A stretch of 64,000 nucleotides of DNA from Nitrospirota bacterium (GCA_963818475.1 CAWFSF010000001.1:128001-192000); one strand, 5' to 3'; counted from the stretch's first letter, positions 26,671 through 37,460 are shown. Notes: generated from the sequence alone by a model not told the origin. Made by a program: numbers and translations.

Positions 26671-28131
26671 TCAACCGTCGCCCTGGACGTCCTGGACAGG
26701 AATGATCACCTTGAAAACAGATCCCTTGTCGATGACACTCTCAACTTCGATCCTTCCGCCATGGTTCTGCATGATCATGTAACTGATCGACAATCCCAGC
26801 CCAGTACCTCCGCCATCCGGCCTGGCCGAAAAGAAAGGGTCGAATATTTTATCCAGATGTTCTTCGGGGATCCCATGGCCGGTATCGGCAAATTCGACGA
26901 CAACGGATAGCCGACCCGCAATATCCTGTTCCGTCCGGCACCGAATCTCGAGACTGCCGCCTTTGGGCATTGCAAAACATGCGTTATTGATAAGATTGAC
27001 AAATACCTGCCGTATCTCATCGACGTCGATCGACACCTCGGGAAGGATACCGTTGCAGGACGTAGTGACAACAACATTGCTTAACTTAGCCTGCCCCCTG
27101 ATGATCGGCATGATGTCTTGGACGACCATGCTCATATCGGTCTTCACCAACCGTGGCGGTTTTCTGCGTGAAAAGTCCAGAAGGTTCTTCAGGATCTCCC
27201 GGGCGCGAAGCGTCTCCCGTTCCACGGTCCTCAAGTGCTCCTTTTTGTCAGCCGGAATGTCGTCGGCCTTGAGCAATAAGCCCGTATATCCCAGGACGCC
27301 CGTCAGCGGGTTATTCACCTCGTAAGCAATATTCGTTGCCAGCTCGCCGATGGCCGCAAGCTTCGTGCTTTGCAGCAGCTGGCGTTGCGACACGTGAAGG
27401 TTGTGCGTCATGGTGTTGAACGCCTCTCCCAGTTCCGTAAACTCGCTCCCCGGGGCATCCCTAATCTCGACCCGGTGCTGAAGCTCACCGCGGGCGATCC
27501 GCCGGGTTGCTTCGAGAAGCTGCTGCAGCCTCCGGTCAAGTCCTTTTATCAGCGTATAGCCGATGATAAACGCAAGCGCCAGGCCCAGCAGGAGGGTGAC
27601 TGAAAGCACCCAGCGTACCTCACGGATGGTGCTCATGGTTTCCTGGGTCTTTTGTTGGAGCCGGACGTTGGCGGTGAATGCCATTCCCTGAGTCATCGTA
27701 ATAAGCTCTTGCCCGAGGTCCTGCGCGCGACGCTCCAGCACGGCGATGCGCGACGGATTCGCCGATGCGGTAATAAGGCGGCTGATGGCGTTTTTGTAAT
27801 CGTTCGCCATGTCCCGCATCGACGCCAGCCCCTGGGTCAGTTCCGGCGCATGGTGACAACCGACGCAGGAGTCCATCGTCCGGTCCATCTCCTGCACCTG
27901 ACTGATGAGCACATCAATATCTCCACTCTCCCTGATCTTGCTGCGGTAGATGTGCGACTGCACCTGCTGAATGCGAATGATCAGGTCCTCGCGAAGTATC
28001 TCGACTTGATGGAGGAGGACCAGGCGGTCCATCCTGTCAGTGGTCTTGGTGATGTACAGCACCGCGATGACGCTCCCCGCCAGAAATATCAGCAGCAGCA
28101 GGCCAAAACCCAGTAGAATTCTTTTTTTCAT
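26671..28131 (-). CDS. Membrane sensor histidine kinase with periplasmic CXXCH motif and HAMP; H-box His replaced by Tyr
   Basis: Two TM helices flanking DSCVGCHH; HAMP; H-box reads NIAYEVNNPL; HATPase N, G1 and G2 boxes present. Confidence 0.88.
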   Translation of the reverse strand: MKKRILLGFGLLLLIFLAGSVIAVLYITKTTDRMDRLVLLHQVEILREDLIIRIQQVQSHIYRSKIRESGDIDVLISQVQEMDRTMDSCVGCHHAPELTQGLASMRDMANDYKNAISRLITASANPSRIAVLERRAQDLGQELITMTQGMAFTANVRLQQKTQETMSTIREVRWVLSVTLLLGLALAFIIGYTLIKGLDRRLQQLLEATRRIARGELQHRVEIRDAPGSEFTELGEAFNTMTHNLHVSQRQLLQSTKLAAIGELATNIAYEVNNPLTGVLGYTGLLLKADDIPADKKEHLRTVERETLRAREILKNLLDFSRRKPPRLVKTDMSMVVQDIMPIIRGQAKLSNVVVTTSCNGILPEVSIDVDEIRQVFVNLINNACFAMPKGGSLEIRCRTEQDIAGRLSVVVEFADTGHGIPEEHLDKIFDPFFSARPDGGGTGLGLSISYMIMQNHGGRIEVESVIDKGSVFKVIIPVQDVQGDG

Positions 28132-28143
28132 GGATTATTCACG

Positions 28144-29064
28144 TTACCTGTTATTATAATGGTAGGTTGCCACATCGATCCCCGCCTGTTCAGTCAGCCG
28201 GTACACCGTGTCGTAATCTCCATCCGAGGTCTCGATGAACCCCCGCGCGCCGAACTTCTTGAGCGCAGCAGCCCCCTCGCTGTCCTTCCCCATATCGAGC
28301 AACGCCTGCTTCAGTGCTTTTTTCAATTTCGGATCAAGGTCCTTGCGCACGGCAAAGCAATTCTGCGGAAACGCTTCTGACGCGGCAAGGATCTGCAATT
28401 CCCTGCCGATCCGGGGATCCTCTTGTTCCATCTGATCGTAGATCGTGCTCTTGGCTGCACCAATATCGGCATCCCGGTTCAGAACAGCAAGGATCGCCGC
28501 ATCATGACTGCCCCAAAAAAAAGTCTCTCCAAAATAGGCCTGCATATCCGCGACATGGTGCGCTTTGAAGTACGCAAGTGGGTACAGATACCCCGCACTA
28601 GTCGCCCGCTCAACGAAGGCGAACCGTTTGCCTCGCATATCTGAAGCGTCACGGATCCGGCTATCCCTGCGGACGAACAGGTAGCCGCGATAGGTGGAGG
28701 TTCCGTCGAGATTGATCGGACGGGCGATCGGCTCAACGCCGAGTTGATGGCGGGCAAGGGCATAGGTGAAGCTTCCTAAGAACGCTCCGTCGAGTTTTTC
28801 ACTTGAAAATCGTTCGACGATATTGCCGTAGCGGCTTAAGCTGGTAAGGGTGATCGTAACACCGAGACGATCGGCAAGGTACTGCTTCAGCACAAGATAG
28901 CGTTCTCGCTGGCGGAACACATTCTGTTCAGGGATCAGGCCGATTAGGATTTCCTGTTGCGCATATCCCTTGGCTGCGATTGGTTGTACTTTTTCCTTTG
29001 AGCAGGCAGGTGCGAGCGACAACAGGACCACCAACGCGCTGCATGAGATACGGAAGAGCATCAT
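28144..29064 (-). CDS. PhnD/PtxB-like periplasmic substrate-binding lipoprotein
   Basis: Lipobox-like LAPAC; IGLIPEQN, TSAGYLYP and GSHDAAILAV motifs; no permease or ATPase gene adjacent. Confidence 0.85.
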   Translation of the reverse strand: MMLFRISCSALVVLLSLAPACSKEKVQPIAAKGYAQQEILIGLIPEQNVFRQRERYLVLKQYLADRLGVTITLTSLSRYGNIVERFSSEKLDGAFLGSFTYALARHQLGVEPIARPINLDGTSTYRGYLFVRRDSRIRDASDMRGKRFAFVERATSAGYLYPLAYFKAHHVADMQAYFGETFFWGSHDAAILAVLNRDADIGAAKSTIYDQMEQEDPRIGRELQILAASEAFPQNCFAVRKDLDPKLKKALKQALLDMGKDSEGAAALKKFGARGFIETSDGDYDTVYRLTEQAGIDVATYHYNNR

Positions 29065-31187
29065 GCCGTCGTCTCCTCGTTCTGGCTATCGGGCTGTGCC
29101 ATCCGTGGCGTTTTCTGATAGAGCGGAAGGATCACCCGGAAAACGGTACCGTGTCCTACCCGGCTTGCAGCTTCGATCGTGCCGCCATGATTCTGAATAA
29201 TACGGTAGCTGATTGAAAGACCGAGGCCGGTTCCATCACCGCTCTCCTTGGTCGAAAAAAAAGGCTCGAATATCTTGTTCAGATTTTCCGGCGCGATACC
29301 CACACCGGTATCACCAAATTCCACAACAACTTGTTGGTCCCGCCTCATATTGAGCAGAACCCGGAACTCACCGCCCGATGGCATAGCATGCAGTGCATTA
29401 TACGCTATGTTTATAAAGACCTGTTTGATCTCATCATGATCCATATTGACCATGACCGGAGTGGAGGGATACTCCTCAACAACATGGACTGAGGATGACT
29501 CTGCCATACCCTGCACAAGCGCCATCGTTTCTTTGATCGGAATAATCAGGTCGGCAGGATGCATCCAGGAAGGCTTCGGCCGCGAAAAATCCAACAGGTT
29601 TCTGATGATTTTTCTCACCCGCAGCGTTTCCTGCTCCATCATGCCAAGCATCCTTTTGGGGGACTCAGCCAGATCAACGGTTTTCAGAAGGTAGGTCGTA
29701 TAGCCAAGCACGCTCGTAAGTGGATTATTGATCTCATGTGCAACATTCGCGGCAAGCTCGCCGATCGCGGCCATCTTCGATGAATGAACCAGTTGCTGTT
29801 GCGTGCTTTTCAGCTCCAGCATTTTCTCCTTAAGGTCCGTATAAAGCGAGGCGTTCTGAAGTGCCGCCCCGGCAAGGTTTCCGAAAACCGTAAAAAGACG
29901 CAGATCATGTTTATCAAAGCTGGCAACACCCTTTTTATTGATGACCGTGAGCAGGCCGGTCAGGGTATTCGATGTCCAGAGCGGCACCATCATTAGGGTC
30001 CTGATGCCGAGTGCTTTCATCCGCTCACCATCCAATCTGAAATCAGACTGCGCATCGGGAATGAGGAGCGGCGTTCCATAGCAGGCGAGCCAGTTATAGA
30101 TTCCCCCTGTTTCGAATGGAAGTTCCTGCTCCATGAGCTGCTGTTTTTTGCTTCCATACACGCCAAGATACTGCAGCGTAAAGCGCTTATTGCTAAAAAC
30201 CGATACAGCCGTCGTATCGGCCCGCACAAGATCGTCGGCACGCGCAGCGATCTTGGCCACGAGTGTCTCCAGCTCAAGGCTTTCCATCAGGTCTAGACCG
30301 GCCGTATGGAGGATGAACAGGTCTCTGTTCCAGCTGGACAAACTTGCTTCCCGCTGTTTAAGCGTAAGTGCCATCTGGTTGAAGGCATGGCCGAGCTTGC
30401 TGATCTCGTCCTTTCCTCTAACGGGGAATGGCTTTTCCCAGTTTTGCTGGCTCAGCATGTCAGCAGCATCGCTGAGCGTCCGGATTGGTTTCGTTATGCC
30501 GCTGGTAATAACCTGACTGAAAACCATTCCCACCAATAGAATGGCTATGAGTGCGACCGACGCCCTCTTTGCCAGTCCGGCAAATTTTTCTGCATACCGC
30601 TGGCTTGACATGCCGACCCGGACAAAACCGGTTCTATCCTGTCCGGCCATGACCGGAACGGTCAAATCGTAGACACCGGGCCGTTTAATTAAAAAAACGG
30701 GCGCAGTCGCGCTCCTCATATCGGGACCGAGTGTGACATCATCAACCATCATTTTATTGCCAGTCGGCAAGGTATAAAAGTATGAATCGCTGTTAAAGAA
30801 TGCCGCCGAAGAGCTACTGCCGATAATGAGCGTTCCATCGTGCCGATAAATCATGACATAAAGAAGATCGCTTCCGGTGTGCGCATCGTCCTCCGGCACA
30901 AAAAGCGGGGTTAGTTTTTTGTAGATATCATGACGATTTTCGGCAATGATATCATCCATCGTCAGCGAGGATATTTCTCGGGCGACATAGAGTGCACGGC
31001 CGTGAATTTCCGCATCAAGCATCGCCGTCCCTTCCTGATAAAAGAAAAGGCCAACAAGGAATGAGACCAGCAACAGGGCTACCGCTATCAAGAATGAAAT
31101 CCTGCATCCAACTCCGCCCCACCGCCGCGCGGCGAACTGGTACATGCGTGCCAATATGTGAGAACGTATTATCTTTTTGTCAGCCAT
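29061..31187 (-). CDS. Membrane sensor histidine kinase (periplasmic domain-HAMP-GAF-HisKA-HATPase)
   Basis: Two TM helices; DEISKLGHAFNQM HAMP; GAF; VAHEINNPL, DTGVGI and GTGLGL boxes. Confidence 0.92.
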   Translation of the reverse strand: MADKKIIRSHILARMYQFAARRWGGVGCRISFLIAVALLLVSFLVGLFFYQEGTAMLDAEIHGRALYVAREISSLTMDDIIAENRHDIYKKLTPLFVPEDDAHTGSDLLYVMIYRHDGTLIIGSSSSAAFFNSDSYFYTLPTGNKMMVDDVTLGPDMRSATAPVFLIKRPGVYDLTVPVMAGQDRTGFVRVGMSSQRYAEKFAGLAKRASVALIAILLVGMVFSQVITSGITKPIRTLSDAADMLSQQNWEKPFPVRGKDEISKLGHAFNQMALTLKQREASLSSWNRDLFILHTAGLDLMESLELETLVAKIAARADDLVRADTTAVSVFSNKRFTLQYLGVYGSKKQQLMEQELPFETGGIYNWLACYGTPLLIPDAQSDFRLDGERMKALGIRTLMMVPLWTSNTLTGLLTVINKKGVASFDKHDLRLFTVFGNLAGAALQNASLYTDLKEKMLELKSTQQQLVHSSKMAAIGELAANVAHEINNPLTSVLGYTTYLLKTVDLAESPKRMLGMMEQETLRVRKIIRNLLDFSRPKPSWMHPADLIIPIKETMALVQGMAESSSVHVVEEYPSTPVMVNMDHDEIKQVFINIAYNALHAMPSGGEFRVLLNMRRDQQVVVEFGDTGVGIAPENLNKIFEPFFSTKESGDGTGLGLSISYRIIQNHGGTIEAASRVGHGTVFRVILPLYQKTPRMAQPDSQNEETTA

Positions 31188-31214
31188 AGAAAAACGGTAG
31201 TTAATGTATGCTAA

Positions 31215-31243
31215 ATTTTAACATAAAAGCACTCTCATGTAAA
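31215..31243 (-). promoter_or_regulatory. Sigma-70 promoter of the signalling operon
   Basis: TTTACA-17-TAAAAT. Confidence 0.6.
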
Positions 31244-31249
31244 CGCCAT

Positions 31250-31282
31250 AAAAAAAGGCAAGGGAGCTAGTCCCTTGCCTTT
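31250..31282 (-). terminator. Terminator of the alpha operon
   Basis: AAAGGCAAGGGA-GCTAG-TCCCTTGCCTTT with a T-run on the minus strand. Confidence 0.85.
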
Positions 31283-31333
31283 CATACATCGTTAAATTAT
31301 ATTGCACAGCCTTTAACATGTACTACAACTGTG

Positions 31334-31738
31334 CTACGCCTTTGGGTTTTCCGCACCCTTCGACACCGATGTGTCCTGCTTTTTGCGTTCAATAAGCTCA
31401 ATTACTGCCATGGGAGCCGCGTCACCGGGACGGTTGCGGGTCAGAATAATTCTTGTATATCCCCCGTTCCTGGTGGCAAAACGCGGCGCAATGGTGGTGA
31501 AAAGGCCGCTAACCACGGCTTCATCGTTAATAAAACTGAGCGCCTGCCGTCTCGCGTGAAGATCACCCCGTTTACCCAGAGTAATCATCTTTTCAGCCAG
31601 CGGTCTGATTTCCTTGGCCTTTGCAACGGTAGTTTCAATCTTTTCGTTCTTCAGCAGCGCTGTCACGAGCATTCGGAGCAATGCTTTCCGATGCGAACTA
31701 TCTCTCCCAAACTGCCTGCCTGCACATGCATGTCTCAT
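31334..31738 (-). CDS. rplQ: 50S ribosomal protein L17
   Basis: MRH..GR..HRKAL; [10 protein letters not shown]; GGYTRI; GDAAPMA. Confidence 0.97.
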   Translation of the reverse strand: MRHACAGRQFGRDSSHRKALLRMLVTALLKNEKIETTVAKAKEIRPLAEKMITLGKRGDLHARRQALSFINDEAVVSGLFTTIAPRFATRNGGYTRIILTRNRPGDAAPMAVIELIERKKQDTSVSKGAENPKA

Positions 31739-31769
31739 TGCGATATCCTTATTTCCAATAGTAGATTTA

Positions 31770-32792
31770 TTAGCTCTCGCTCGGCTTTTCTGCCAGCAGA
31801 CGCCGTGCCTCGGATACAATCTTATCATCAACTTTGAGGCCCAGGCCCAAGCCCATGTCCGCAAGAATTTCTTTGATCTCGTTCAATGATTTTCTGCCGA
31901 AGTTCTTGGTCTTAAGCATCTCGCTTTCGGTCTTTTGCACCATTTCAGCAATCGTCTCAATGCCGGCGTTCTTGAGGCAGTTCGCAGCACGAACCGAAAG
32001 TTCAAGCTCATTCACGCTTCGCAGCAGATTCTCGTTGAACGAAGGTACTTTTTTTATTTCTTCTTCCGTGACCGGTGCATTTTCTTCCTCTTCCGGAAGA
32101 TGGATAAATATGGAGAGATGGTCCTTTAACAGCTTCGATGCATGCGCAACAGCATCATCAGGACGGATACTTCCATCGGTCCAAACCTCGAGCACCAGCT
32201 TATCGTAATCGGTCTCCTGGCCTACCCGGGCATTTTCCACCTTAAAATTGACTTTTCTGATCGGTGAAAAGATGGAATCGATCGGTATGACGCCAATGGA
32301 TTGACCAGGCTCTTTATTCTTGTCAGATGATACATAGCCCCTGCCACGCCGGGCTCTCATTTCAACTTCAATCTTGCCGTTCTTATCGATCGTCGCAAGA
32401 TGAAGCTCGGGATTCAGGATCTCGACCTCTGCATCGGCCTCGATATCCTTCGCCGTAACCTCTCCCGGGCCCTTTGCCTTGAGAGCGAGCGTCTTCGGTT
32501 TATCCGTGTGCAACTTCAACCGCACTTCCTTCAGGTTGAGGATCAGATCTGTTGTGTCTTCCACAACACCAGGAATGCTGGAGAACTCATGCTGCACACC
32601 GCTGATCTTCAGGGAGGTTATTGCTGACCCCTCCAGGGACGACAGGAGCACCCTTCGAAGAGAATTACCCAGCGTTGTTCCAAAACCGCGTTCCAGCGGT
32701 TCGGCAGTAAATTTGCCATAGGTATCAGTGATCTTTTTGGGGTCATACTGAAGTTTCTTGGGCATTTGGAAATCTTTGGCTTTCTTAAGCAT
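31770..32792 (-). CDS. rpoA: RNA polymerase alpha subunit
   Basis: [17 protein letters not shown]; [12 protein letters not shown]; [10 protein letters not shown]. Confidence 0.98.
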   Translation of the reverse strand: MLKKAKDFQMPKKLQYDPKKITDTYGKFTAEPLERGFGTTLGNSLRRVLLSSLEGSAITSLKISGVQHEFSSIPGVVEDTTDLILNLKEVRLKLHTDKPKTLALKAKGPGEVTAKDIEADAEVEILNPELHLATIDKNGKIEVEMRARRGRGYVSSDKNKEPGQSIGVIPIDSIFSPIRKVNFKVENARVGQETDYDKLVLEVWTDGSIRPDDAVAHASKLLKDHLSIFIHLPEEEENAPVTEEEIKKVPSFNENLLRSVNELELSVRAANCLKNAGIETIAEMVQKTESEMLKTKNFGRKSLNEIKEILADMGLGLGLKVDDKIVSEARRLLAEKPSES

Positions 32793-32914
32793 GCTTCCTC
32801 CATAACGGAGTGAAAAAACTTTCATTAGGACTGCAGAGGACTATGACTATATTGCTATCTGGTATGAACCAGACCACCCCTGAGCCTTACCATTCTCAAT
32901 TGAACGTGCGCTAA

Positions 32915-33544
32915 TTACTTTGAATAGAGCTCGACGACAAGCTGTTCCTTGACTGTTGGGAGCGTACACTCGTCACGGGCCGGCAAAGCCAGGACCTTGC
33001 CTTTGAACGCAGCTTTATCCATCTCAAGCCATGCTGGGAATCCGCGTTTTTCAATAGCAGCAAGAGTTTGCTGAATCTGTCCGATACTTCTACTCTTTTC
33101 ACGCAATTCTATCACGTCTCCCGCTTTCAGCAGGTACGACGGGATATTAACCTTTTTACCGTTCACCAGCATGTGTCCGTGACGTACCAACTGACGCGCT
33201 TCCTTTTTGGCACCGGCGAAGCCCATGCGCTGGACAACATTGTCTAGTCGTCTCTCCAGAAGCTGCAGAAGGTTGTCGCCCGTGATACCTTTCATCCGCT
33301 CGGCTTTTTCGAAATAACCGCGGAATTGTCCTTCAAGAACACCATAAACACGCTTGATCTTCTGTTTTTCCCTGAGCTGCAGGCTATACTCGGAATGTTT
33401 AATCCGCGCCTGGCCATGCTGCCCGGGCGGGTAACTTCTCCGCGTGATACCGCATTTATCTGTATAACAACGCTCAGCCTTCAGAAAGAGCTTCGTACCT
33501 TCCCGTCTGCAGAGTTTACAAACTGATCCAATATAGCGCGCCAC
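32915..33544 (-). CDS. rpsD: 30S ribosomal protein S4 (Zn-binding form)
   Basis: [16 protein letters not shown]; [10 protein letters not shown]; VVELYSK. Confidence 0.98.
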   Translation of the reverse strand: MARYIGSVCKLCRREGTKLFLKAERCYTDKCGITRRSYPPGQHGQARIKHSEYSLQLREKQKIKRVYGVLEGQFRGYFEKAERMKGITGDNLLQLLERRLDNVVQRMGFAGAKKEARQLVRHGHMLVNGKKVNIPSYLLKAGDVIELREKSRSIGQIQQTLAAIEKRGFPAWLEMDKAAFKGKVLALPARDECTLPTVKEQLVVELYSK

Positions 33545-33559
33545 GTGATTCCTCCTGTG

Positions 33560-33934
33560 TTAAACCCGTCTTCTTTTCGGCGGTCTGCATCCGTTATGTG
33601 GTATGGGCGTCACATCCTTGATTGCCACAATCTCCAGTCCTGCCGCCTGAATTGACCTGATCGCCGATTCCCGGCCGGTACCTGGACCTTTTACATAGAC
33701 TTCGACCTGTCGCATACCATGTTCCATTGCTTTTTTGGCCGCAGTCTCCGCTGCAAGCTGTGATGCAAATGGAGTGCTCTTTCGTGAGCCCTTAAAACCT
33801 TTATTTCCGGCACTGGACCATGAAAGCACATTACCAGCCGTATCCGTGATGGTCACGATCGTATTGTTGAACGATGCATGGATGTGGGCCACACCCATGG
33901 CCACATTTTTTCTTTCTTTGCCCTTCTTGGCCAT
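33560..33934 (-). CDS. rpsK: 30S ribosomal protein S11
   Basis: HIHASFNNT; [18 protein letters not shown]. Confidence 0.98.
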   Translation of the reverse strand: MAKKGKERKNVAMGVAHIHASFNNTIVTITDTAGNVLSWSSAGNKGFKGSRKSTPFASQLAAETAAKKAMEHGMRQVEVYVKGPGTGRESAIRSIQAAGLEIVAIKDVTPIPHNGCRPPKRRRV

Positions 33935-34004
33935 CTATCCTCCTCAAGGCGTATCGGACTGGATGCACAAACAGGCATCAACAGTTCAAGACGCACATAC
34001 TGCT

Positions 34005-34391
34005 CTACTTTTTAGCTAAAGATTTCTTCTTGCCTGACATCGCGGATTTCTTTGGCCCCTTCCGGGTCCTTGCATTGGTCTTGGTCCGCTGACCTCGTGC
34101 CGGCAAGCCTTTGCGGTGCCTGAGGCCACGATAGCTGCCAACATCCATCAACCGTTTAATATGCATTGTCACATCTCTGCGGAGATCGCCCTCCACAACA
34201 TAATCACGGTCGAGAATGGTACGAATCTTCAGAACATCAGACTCCGCAAGATCTCCGCTCTTCATGGTCGGATCAATCCCGGTTTCAGCCAGAATCTTCT
34301 TGGCAGATGTCTTTCCTATTCCGAAAATATAGGTTAGGGCAACTTCGATTTTTTTGTCTTTTGGTAAATCTACTCCGGCAATTCGAGCCAC
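34005..34391 (-). CDS. rpsM: 30S ribosomal protein S13
   Basis: [10 protein letters not shown]; YRGLRH; [14 protein letters not shown]. Confidence 0.98.
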   Translation of the reverse strand: MARIAGVDLPKDKKIEVALTYIFGIGKTSAKKILAETGIDPTMKSGDLAESDVLKIRTILDRDYVVEGDLRRDVTMHIKRLMDVGSYRGLRHRKGLPARGQRTKTNARTRKGPKKSAMSGKKKSLAKK

Positions 34392-34480
34392 ATTTCCTCC
34401 TCAATCGTGATGCCGCACCGTATCTTCCAAACCAATGGCAGGTAACGCACAGTCATCGCGATCCGCGTACTGCGTTCACA

Positions 34481-34594
34481 CTATCCCTGTCGCTGTTTAT
34501 GACGTGCATTTTCACAAATTACACGCACAATTCCTTTGCGGCGGATAACCTTGCATTTAGTACATATTTTTCGTACAGAAGAACGAACTTTCAT
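34481..34594 (-). CDS. rpmJ: 50S ribosomal protein L36 (not in the ORF track)
   Basis: Translated by hand: [37 protein letters not shown]. Confidence 0.96.
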   Translation of the reverse strand: MKVRSSVRKICTKCKVIRRKGIVRVICENARHKQRQG

Positions 34595-34649
34595 AATGAC
34601 CTACTTCCATTCGCAATAGTAGTTATTTACACAACCCGTTTCCGGGACG

Positions 34650-34868
34650 TTACTTAAATCTATATGTTATCCTGCCTCTGGTGAGGTCATACGGTGTTAG
34701 TTCCACGGTAACCTTGTCACCCGGCAAAATCTTGATAAAGTGCATCCGCATCTTTCCTGATATATGCGCCAGAATCTTATGACCATTCTCCATCTCGACA
34801 CGAAACATGGCGTTCGGCAGTGTTTCTAGGACGGTTCCCTGGACTTCTATTGAATCTTCTTTCGCCAT
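34650..34868 (-). CDS. infA: Translation initiation factor IF-1
   Basis: [26 protein letters not shown]. Confidence 0.98.
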   Translation of the reverse strand: MAKEDSIEVQGTVLETLPNAMFRVEMENGHKILAHISGKMRMHFIKILPGDKVTVELTPYDLTRGRITYRFK

Positions 34869-34914
34869 AATATCTCAGTATCCTGCATCGAACCTGTCGA
34901 TGACCTTTGCACGT

Positions 34915-35661
34915 TTACCTGGTGAGTATCAGCGGTCCATCGGCCATGACGGCAATGGTATGCTCGAAATGTGCTGACAGCGAACCATCTGCCGTTACCG
35001 CTGTCCAGCCGTCCTCCTTAACCCTGGTAACGCAACCGCCGGCATTAACCATCGGCTCTATAGCCAGAACCATTCCGGCTCTAAGCCTTGGCCCGCCGCC
35101 CCGGTCACCGAAATTCGGAATCTGCGGATCTTCATGCAGATTTCTTCCGATACCATGACCGACAAACTCTCTTACTACCGAGAAACCATGCGCCTCAACA
35201 TGCGACTGGACGGCCGCTGAAATGTCATACAGTCTATTACCGGGTCTTGCTTCCGCAATACCCTTTAACAGCGATTCTTCCGTAACCTTGATCAGGCGCT
35301 CAGCCTCGTTCGTTATTGACCCCACAGGAACCGTTATTGCAGCATCGCCGTAAAATCCATCGACGACCGCACCAACGTCGATACTGATTATGTCTCCCTG
35401 CTTCAGCATGACCCCCTTGGAGGGAATGCCATGTACCACCTGTTCATTGACCGAAGTACAGAGGCTGCAGGGATAGCCGCGGTAACCCTTGAATGCAGGT
35501 TTTGCACCGGCATCTCTTATAAACTGTTCGGCGAAATCATCCAGTTCTTTGGTTGTTACGCCTTCCTGAACTTTGGTGCGAATTGTTTCCAGGACATTCG
35601 CCACGATCAGGCAGGCTTTGCGAATCTTTTCGATTTCCTGAAGGGACTTGAGAATCACCAT
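34915..35661 (-). CDS. map: Methionine aminopeptidase type I
   Basis: CTSVNEQVVHGIP; GHGIG..LHEDP; AIEPMVN; SAHFEHT. Confidence 0.97.
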   Translation of the reverse strand: MVILKSLQEIEKIRKACLIVANVLETIRTKVQEGVTTKELDDFAEQFIRDAGAKPAFKGYRGYPCSLCTSVNEQVVHGIPSKGVMLKQGDIISIDVGAVVDGFYGDAAITVPVGSITNEAERLIKVTEESLLKGIAEARPGNRLYDISAAVQSHVEAHGFSVVREFVGHGIGRNLHEDPQIPNFGDRGGGPRLRAGMVLAIEPMVNAGGCVTRVKEDGWTAVTADGSLSAHFEHTIAVMADGPLILTR

Positions 35662-35676
35662 GAGTACAACCTATCC

Positions 35677-36975
35677 TCATCGTCTCCCTTTAACTGAAAC
35701 ACCCTTCAGAAATCCGCCATAGTGCCTCTGGATAAGATGGGACTCTATCTGAGACACCGTATCCAAGGCGACACCAATAACAATCAGTAGTGATGTCCCT
35801 CCGAAATAAAAGGGAACATTAAATGCTTTATAGAATATGTCAGGCAATACGCATACCGCTGCCAGGTATACCGCGCCGCCAAGGGTGATCCTGGTCAATA
35901 CGCGGTAAAGATAATCCGATGTCTTTTTCCCCGGGCGGATGCCCGGAATGAAACCACCGTACTTTTTCAAGTTTTCGGCAATGTCCACTGGGTTAAAGAC
36001 GATTGCTGTGTAAAAGAACGCGAAAAACACAATCATAACAACGTACACTGTCGTATACAGAAATCGCCCAGGTGCAAGCTGACCCGCAATATTCTTAATC
36101 CAACTGACTTCCGTAAAGCTGGCAATCGTTGCCGGGAACAGCAGTATGGACGATGCAAATATGGGCGGAATAACTCCGGCTGAATTGATCTTGAGCGGCA
36201 GATGGGTACTCTGTCCCTTGTAGATCTTTCGTCCGACCATGCGTTGCGCATACTGAACCGCAATTTTTCTCTGGCCCCGTTCCATGACAATGATCGCGGC
36301 AATGACCGTAACAATGATCACAAGAATTACTGCGATCATAAAATAGGGTATTTCACCGGAGGTTACCAACCCAAAGGTATTAATGACCGCCCTCGGGAAT
36401 CCAGCCACGATACCGGCGAAAATAATGAGTGATATCCCGTTCCCAATACCACGTTCAGTTATTTGCTCTCCCAGCCACATGATGAAAGTGGTTCCCGCGG
36501 TGAGCGTGATCATAGTAAGGATACGGAATGACCATCCTGTTGACTCTACAAATGCGCCGCCACCCATTTTCTCAATTCCCACTGCCATCCAGAAGGACTG
36601 AAATCCGGCAATGACCACCGTTCCGTAGCGGGTATACTCGGTGATCTTTTTGCGCCCTGATTCGCCTTCCTTCGCAAGCGCCTGCAAGCGAGGAATAACC
36701 ACCGTCAAAAGCTGCAGTACGATCGAGGCGGTAATGTACGGCATGATACCGAGCGCAAAAATTGTGACCTTGGAAAGGGCTCCACCGGAGAACATATCGA
36801 AGAAGCCCATTAAACCAGATGCAGCCTGGTGCAAATATTGGCTCAGTGCATCACCCCGTACTCCGGGGGTGGGAATATGCGCACCAATACGATACACCGC
36901 GAGCATGAGAAGCGTAAAGAATACGCGCTTTCTGAGCTCTGGAATATTAAATATGTTCTTAATGCCGGTGAACAA
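35677..36975 (-). CDS. secY: Preprotein translocase SecY
   Basis: [14 protein letters not shown]; GIGNGISL; FIPGIRPG; GGTSLLI. Confidence 0.98.
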   Translation of the reverse strand: MFTGIKNIFNIPELRKRVFFTLLMLAVYRIGAHIPTPGVRGDALSQYLHQAASGLMGFFDMFSGGALSKVTIFALGIMPYITASIVLQLLTVVIPRLQALAKEGESGRKKITEYTRYGTVVIAGFQSFWMAVGIEKMGGGAFVESTGWSFRILTMITLTAGTTFIMWLGEQITERGIGNGISLIIFAGIVAGFPRAVINTFGLVTSGEIPYFMIAVILVIIVTVIAAIIVMERGQRKIAVQYAQRMVGRKIYKGQSTHLPLKINSAGVIPPIFASSILLFPATIASFTEVSWIKNIAGQLAPGRFLYTTVYVVMIVFFAFFYTAIVFNPVDIAENLKKYGGFIPGIRPGKKTSDYLYRVLTRITLGGAVYLAAVCVLPDIFYKAFNVPFYFGGTSLLIVIGVALDTVSQIESHLIQRHYGGFLKGVSVKGRR

Positions 36976-36978
36976 GGG

Positions 36979-37419
36979 TTATATTACCTCGGCCTTCCCG
37001 CCGGCGGCTACAATTTTTTCTACCGCTGTCTTGCTGAATTTATGAGCGCGAATCGTTACGCCCTTTTTCAACTCACCCATCCCAAGCACTTTGACCTCGG
37101 CTTTTATACTTTTGATAAGACCGTTCTGATGCATGGTCTCCGGGGTTATCGTTCCACCGGCACTCGCCGCATCAAGGTCGGTCAGGTTCACCACTGCATA
37201 CTCTTTCCTGAAGATATTCGTAAAACCACGCTTCGGGATACGACGTTGAAGCGGCATCTGACCGCCCTCAAACCCAGCCGGCTTTACTCCACCTGAGCGG
37301 GCCTTCTGTCCCTTGTGACCCTTGGTTGCAGTTTTGCCATGCCCGGAACCGACACCCCGGCCAACCCGCTTTTGATTCTTTTTTGCCCCTGGTTGAGGCT
37401 TAAGATCTTCTAATCGCAT
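36979..37419 (-). CDS. rplO: 50S ribosomal protein L15
   Basis: RVGRGVGSG; [17 protein letters not shown]. Confidence 0.98.
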   Translation of the reverse strand: MRLEDLKPQPGAKKNQKRVGRGVGSGHGKTATKGHKGQKARSGGVKPAGFEGGQMPLQRRIPKRGFTNIFRKEYAVVNLTDLDAASAGGTITPETMHQNGLIKSIKAEVKVLGMGELKKGVTIRAHKFSKTAVEKIVAAGGKAEVI

Positions 37420-37460
37420 AGTTTGTAATCCTATATCTGCAGTAACCTGATTTTTAAAAC

